A DNA stretch of 64,000 nucleotides from Rhizophagus irregularis. Lineage: Eukaryota. The stretch covers positions 1,240,001 to 1,304,000 of the forward strand of contig NC_089429.1 of NCBI RefSeq assembly GCF_026210795.1, given 5' to 3'. The translations under genes were made by a program, and so were the position numbers. The notes under the pieces were generated by a model. It had not been told where the DNA came from. It saw only the letters and a program-made list of their open reading frames with translations, and did not search any database. This document shows, in pieces, positions 63,123 to 64,000 of the stretch. Positions within the stretch are counted from its first letter, which is position 1, and every line of letters starts with the position of its first letter.

Positions 63123-63785
63123 ACTCTGAGACCAAGTTATTGATAATTATATTATAACGGAATATTTAATAATATTCACATTTCCAACTAAATATTTTCA
63201 AGATGAACCGAAATTTTATTTTTGTCTTAAGTCATGATATAAACCAAGGTCCCGTAGGTATAGACTTTTAATAAAGATTTACTACTACTACAGAAGATGT
63301 TTCGATACCAAGAGTCTTCAAGCAACCATTAGAATTATTATTTTTTTTAATAATAACTGAAATATAGTATAATTTAAATCTTTCTTAAAGCTTATTTAGA
63401 ATTTAAAAGAAGATAAATAGTAGGCTTTAAATAATATGAATTTTTATTAAAAACTTATTTAAATTGATAAATCTTATTTTAAAAAAAATTTAGCGTTTGT
63501 ATATTTTGAATAAATTAAATATCCGAATAAATAAATATTAATTAATATAAGTAAATTAGAATGTTTATTTCTAACTTTCATAATTATTAGCTGTAATTTG
63601 TTCGTCGTGTTTACAGCAGGATTAATGAGTTTAAATCATGATGAAATTTCTGATATTAATTTTATTATTTTTTTTTTGGCTGGATATTTTTTAAAAAAAT
63701 ATTTATTTCGATTACATCACAGAAAAAAATTAGGAAAAAGAAAGTAAAAAAAATTAACCAAGAAAAAAAATATTATTAGCGCTTG

Positions 63786-64000
63786 CCGTAGCACCGCCGA
63801 TCATTGACCAAACCTAAGAGGTGAAAGGTACAAAGAAAAAAATATTACTATATAGAAATAAAAAACAAGTAAAAATAAAAAAATTTGTTTAAGGAAAAAA
63901 AAATGGCTTAAAATAAAAAAAAAATAGATATTCTTTCGGCTTCTTGTCAAAAAAATTTTTTTAAAAAAAAAAATCAACGTTCTGCTAATGGAAATAAACT
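63786..64000. repeat. Second copy of the A-rich repeat with GC-rich head; runs to the window edge
   Basis: Head motif shared with 39520-39560. Confidence 0.5.

Overview
Very AT-rich, intron-containing eukaryotic DNA. The gene repertoire (F-box/LRR-like genes starting 'MACSKIFSGDLPEL', TKL-type kinases, kinase-Sel1, BTB-SPRY, a Crinkler relic with LWKV) points to an arbuscular mycorrhizal fungus (Glomeromycotina, probably Rhizophagus); this taxonomic call is an inference. One housekeeping gene, a ~23-exon valyl-tRNA synthetase that is probably mitochondrial, sits among expanded signalling and ubiquitin-adaptor families: two intact F-box-like genes, two disrupted ones plus two fragments, a Cys-rich kinase, a vWA/alpha-kinase, a kinase with 15 Sel1 repeats and two tandem BTB-SPRY genes. 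Intergenic DNA holds many short foldback/MITE-like elements, several with readable TIRs and TSDs, and decayed transposase or gene relics. The most unusual signals are (i) an array of 12 related micro-exon/intron units at 45.3-46.7 kb with strong splice signals but no continuous ORF, (ii) a GC-rich, extensively base-paired 328-nt spliceosomal intron (32904-33231, minus strand) in a decayed gene, and (iii) an F-box cluster in which every copy was inactivated in a different way. All alignments, pairings and exon boundaries were made by eye and may be off by a few nt.
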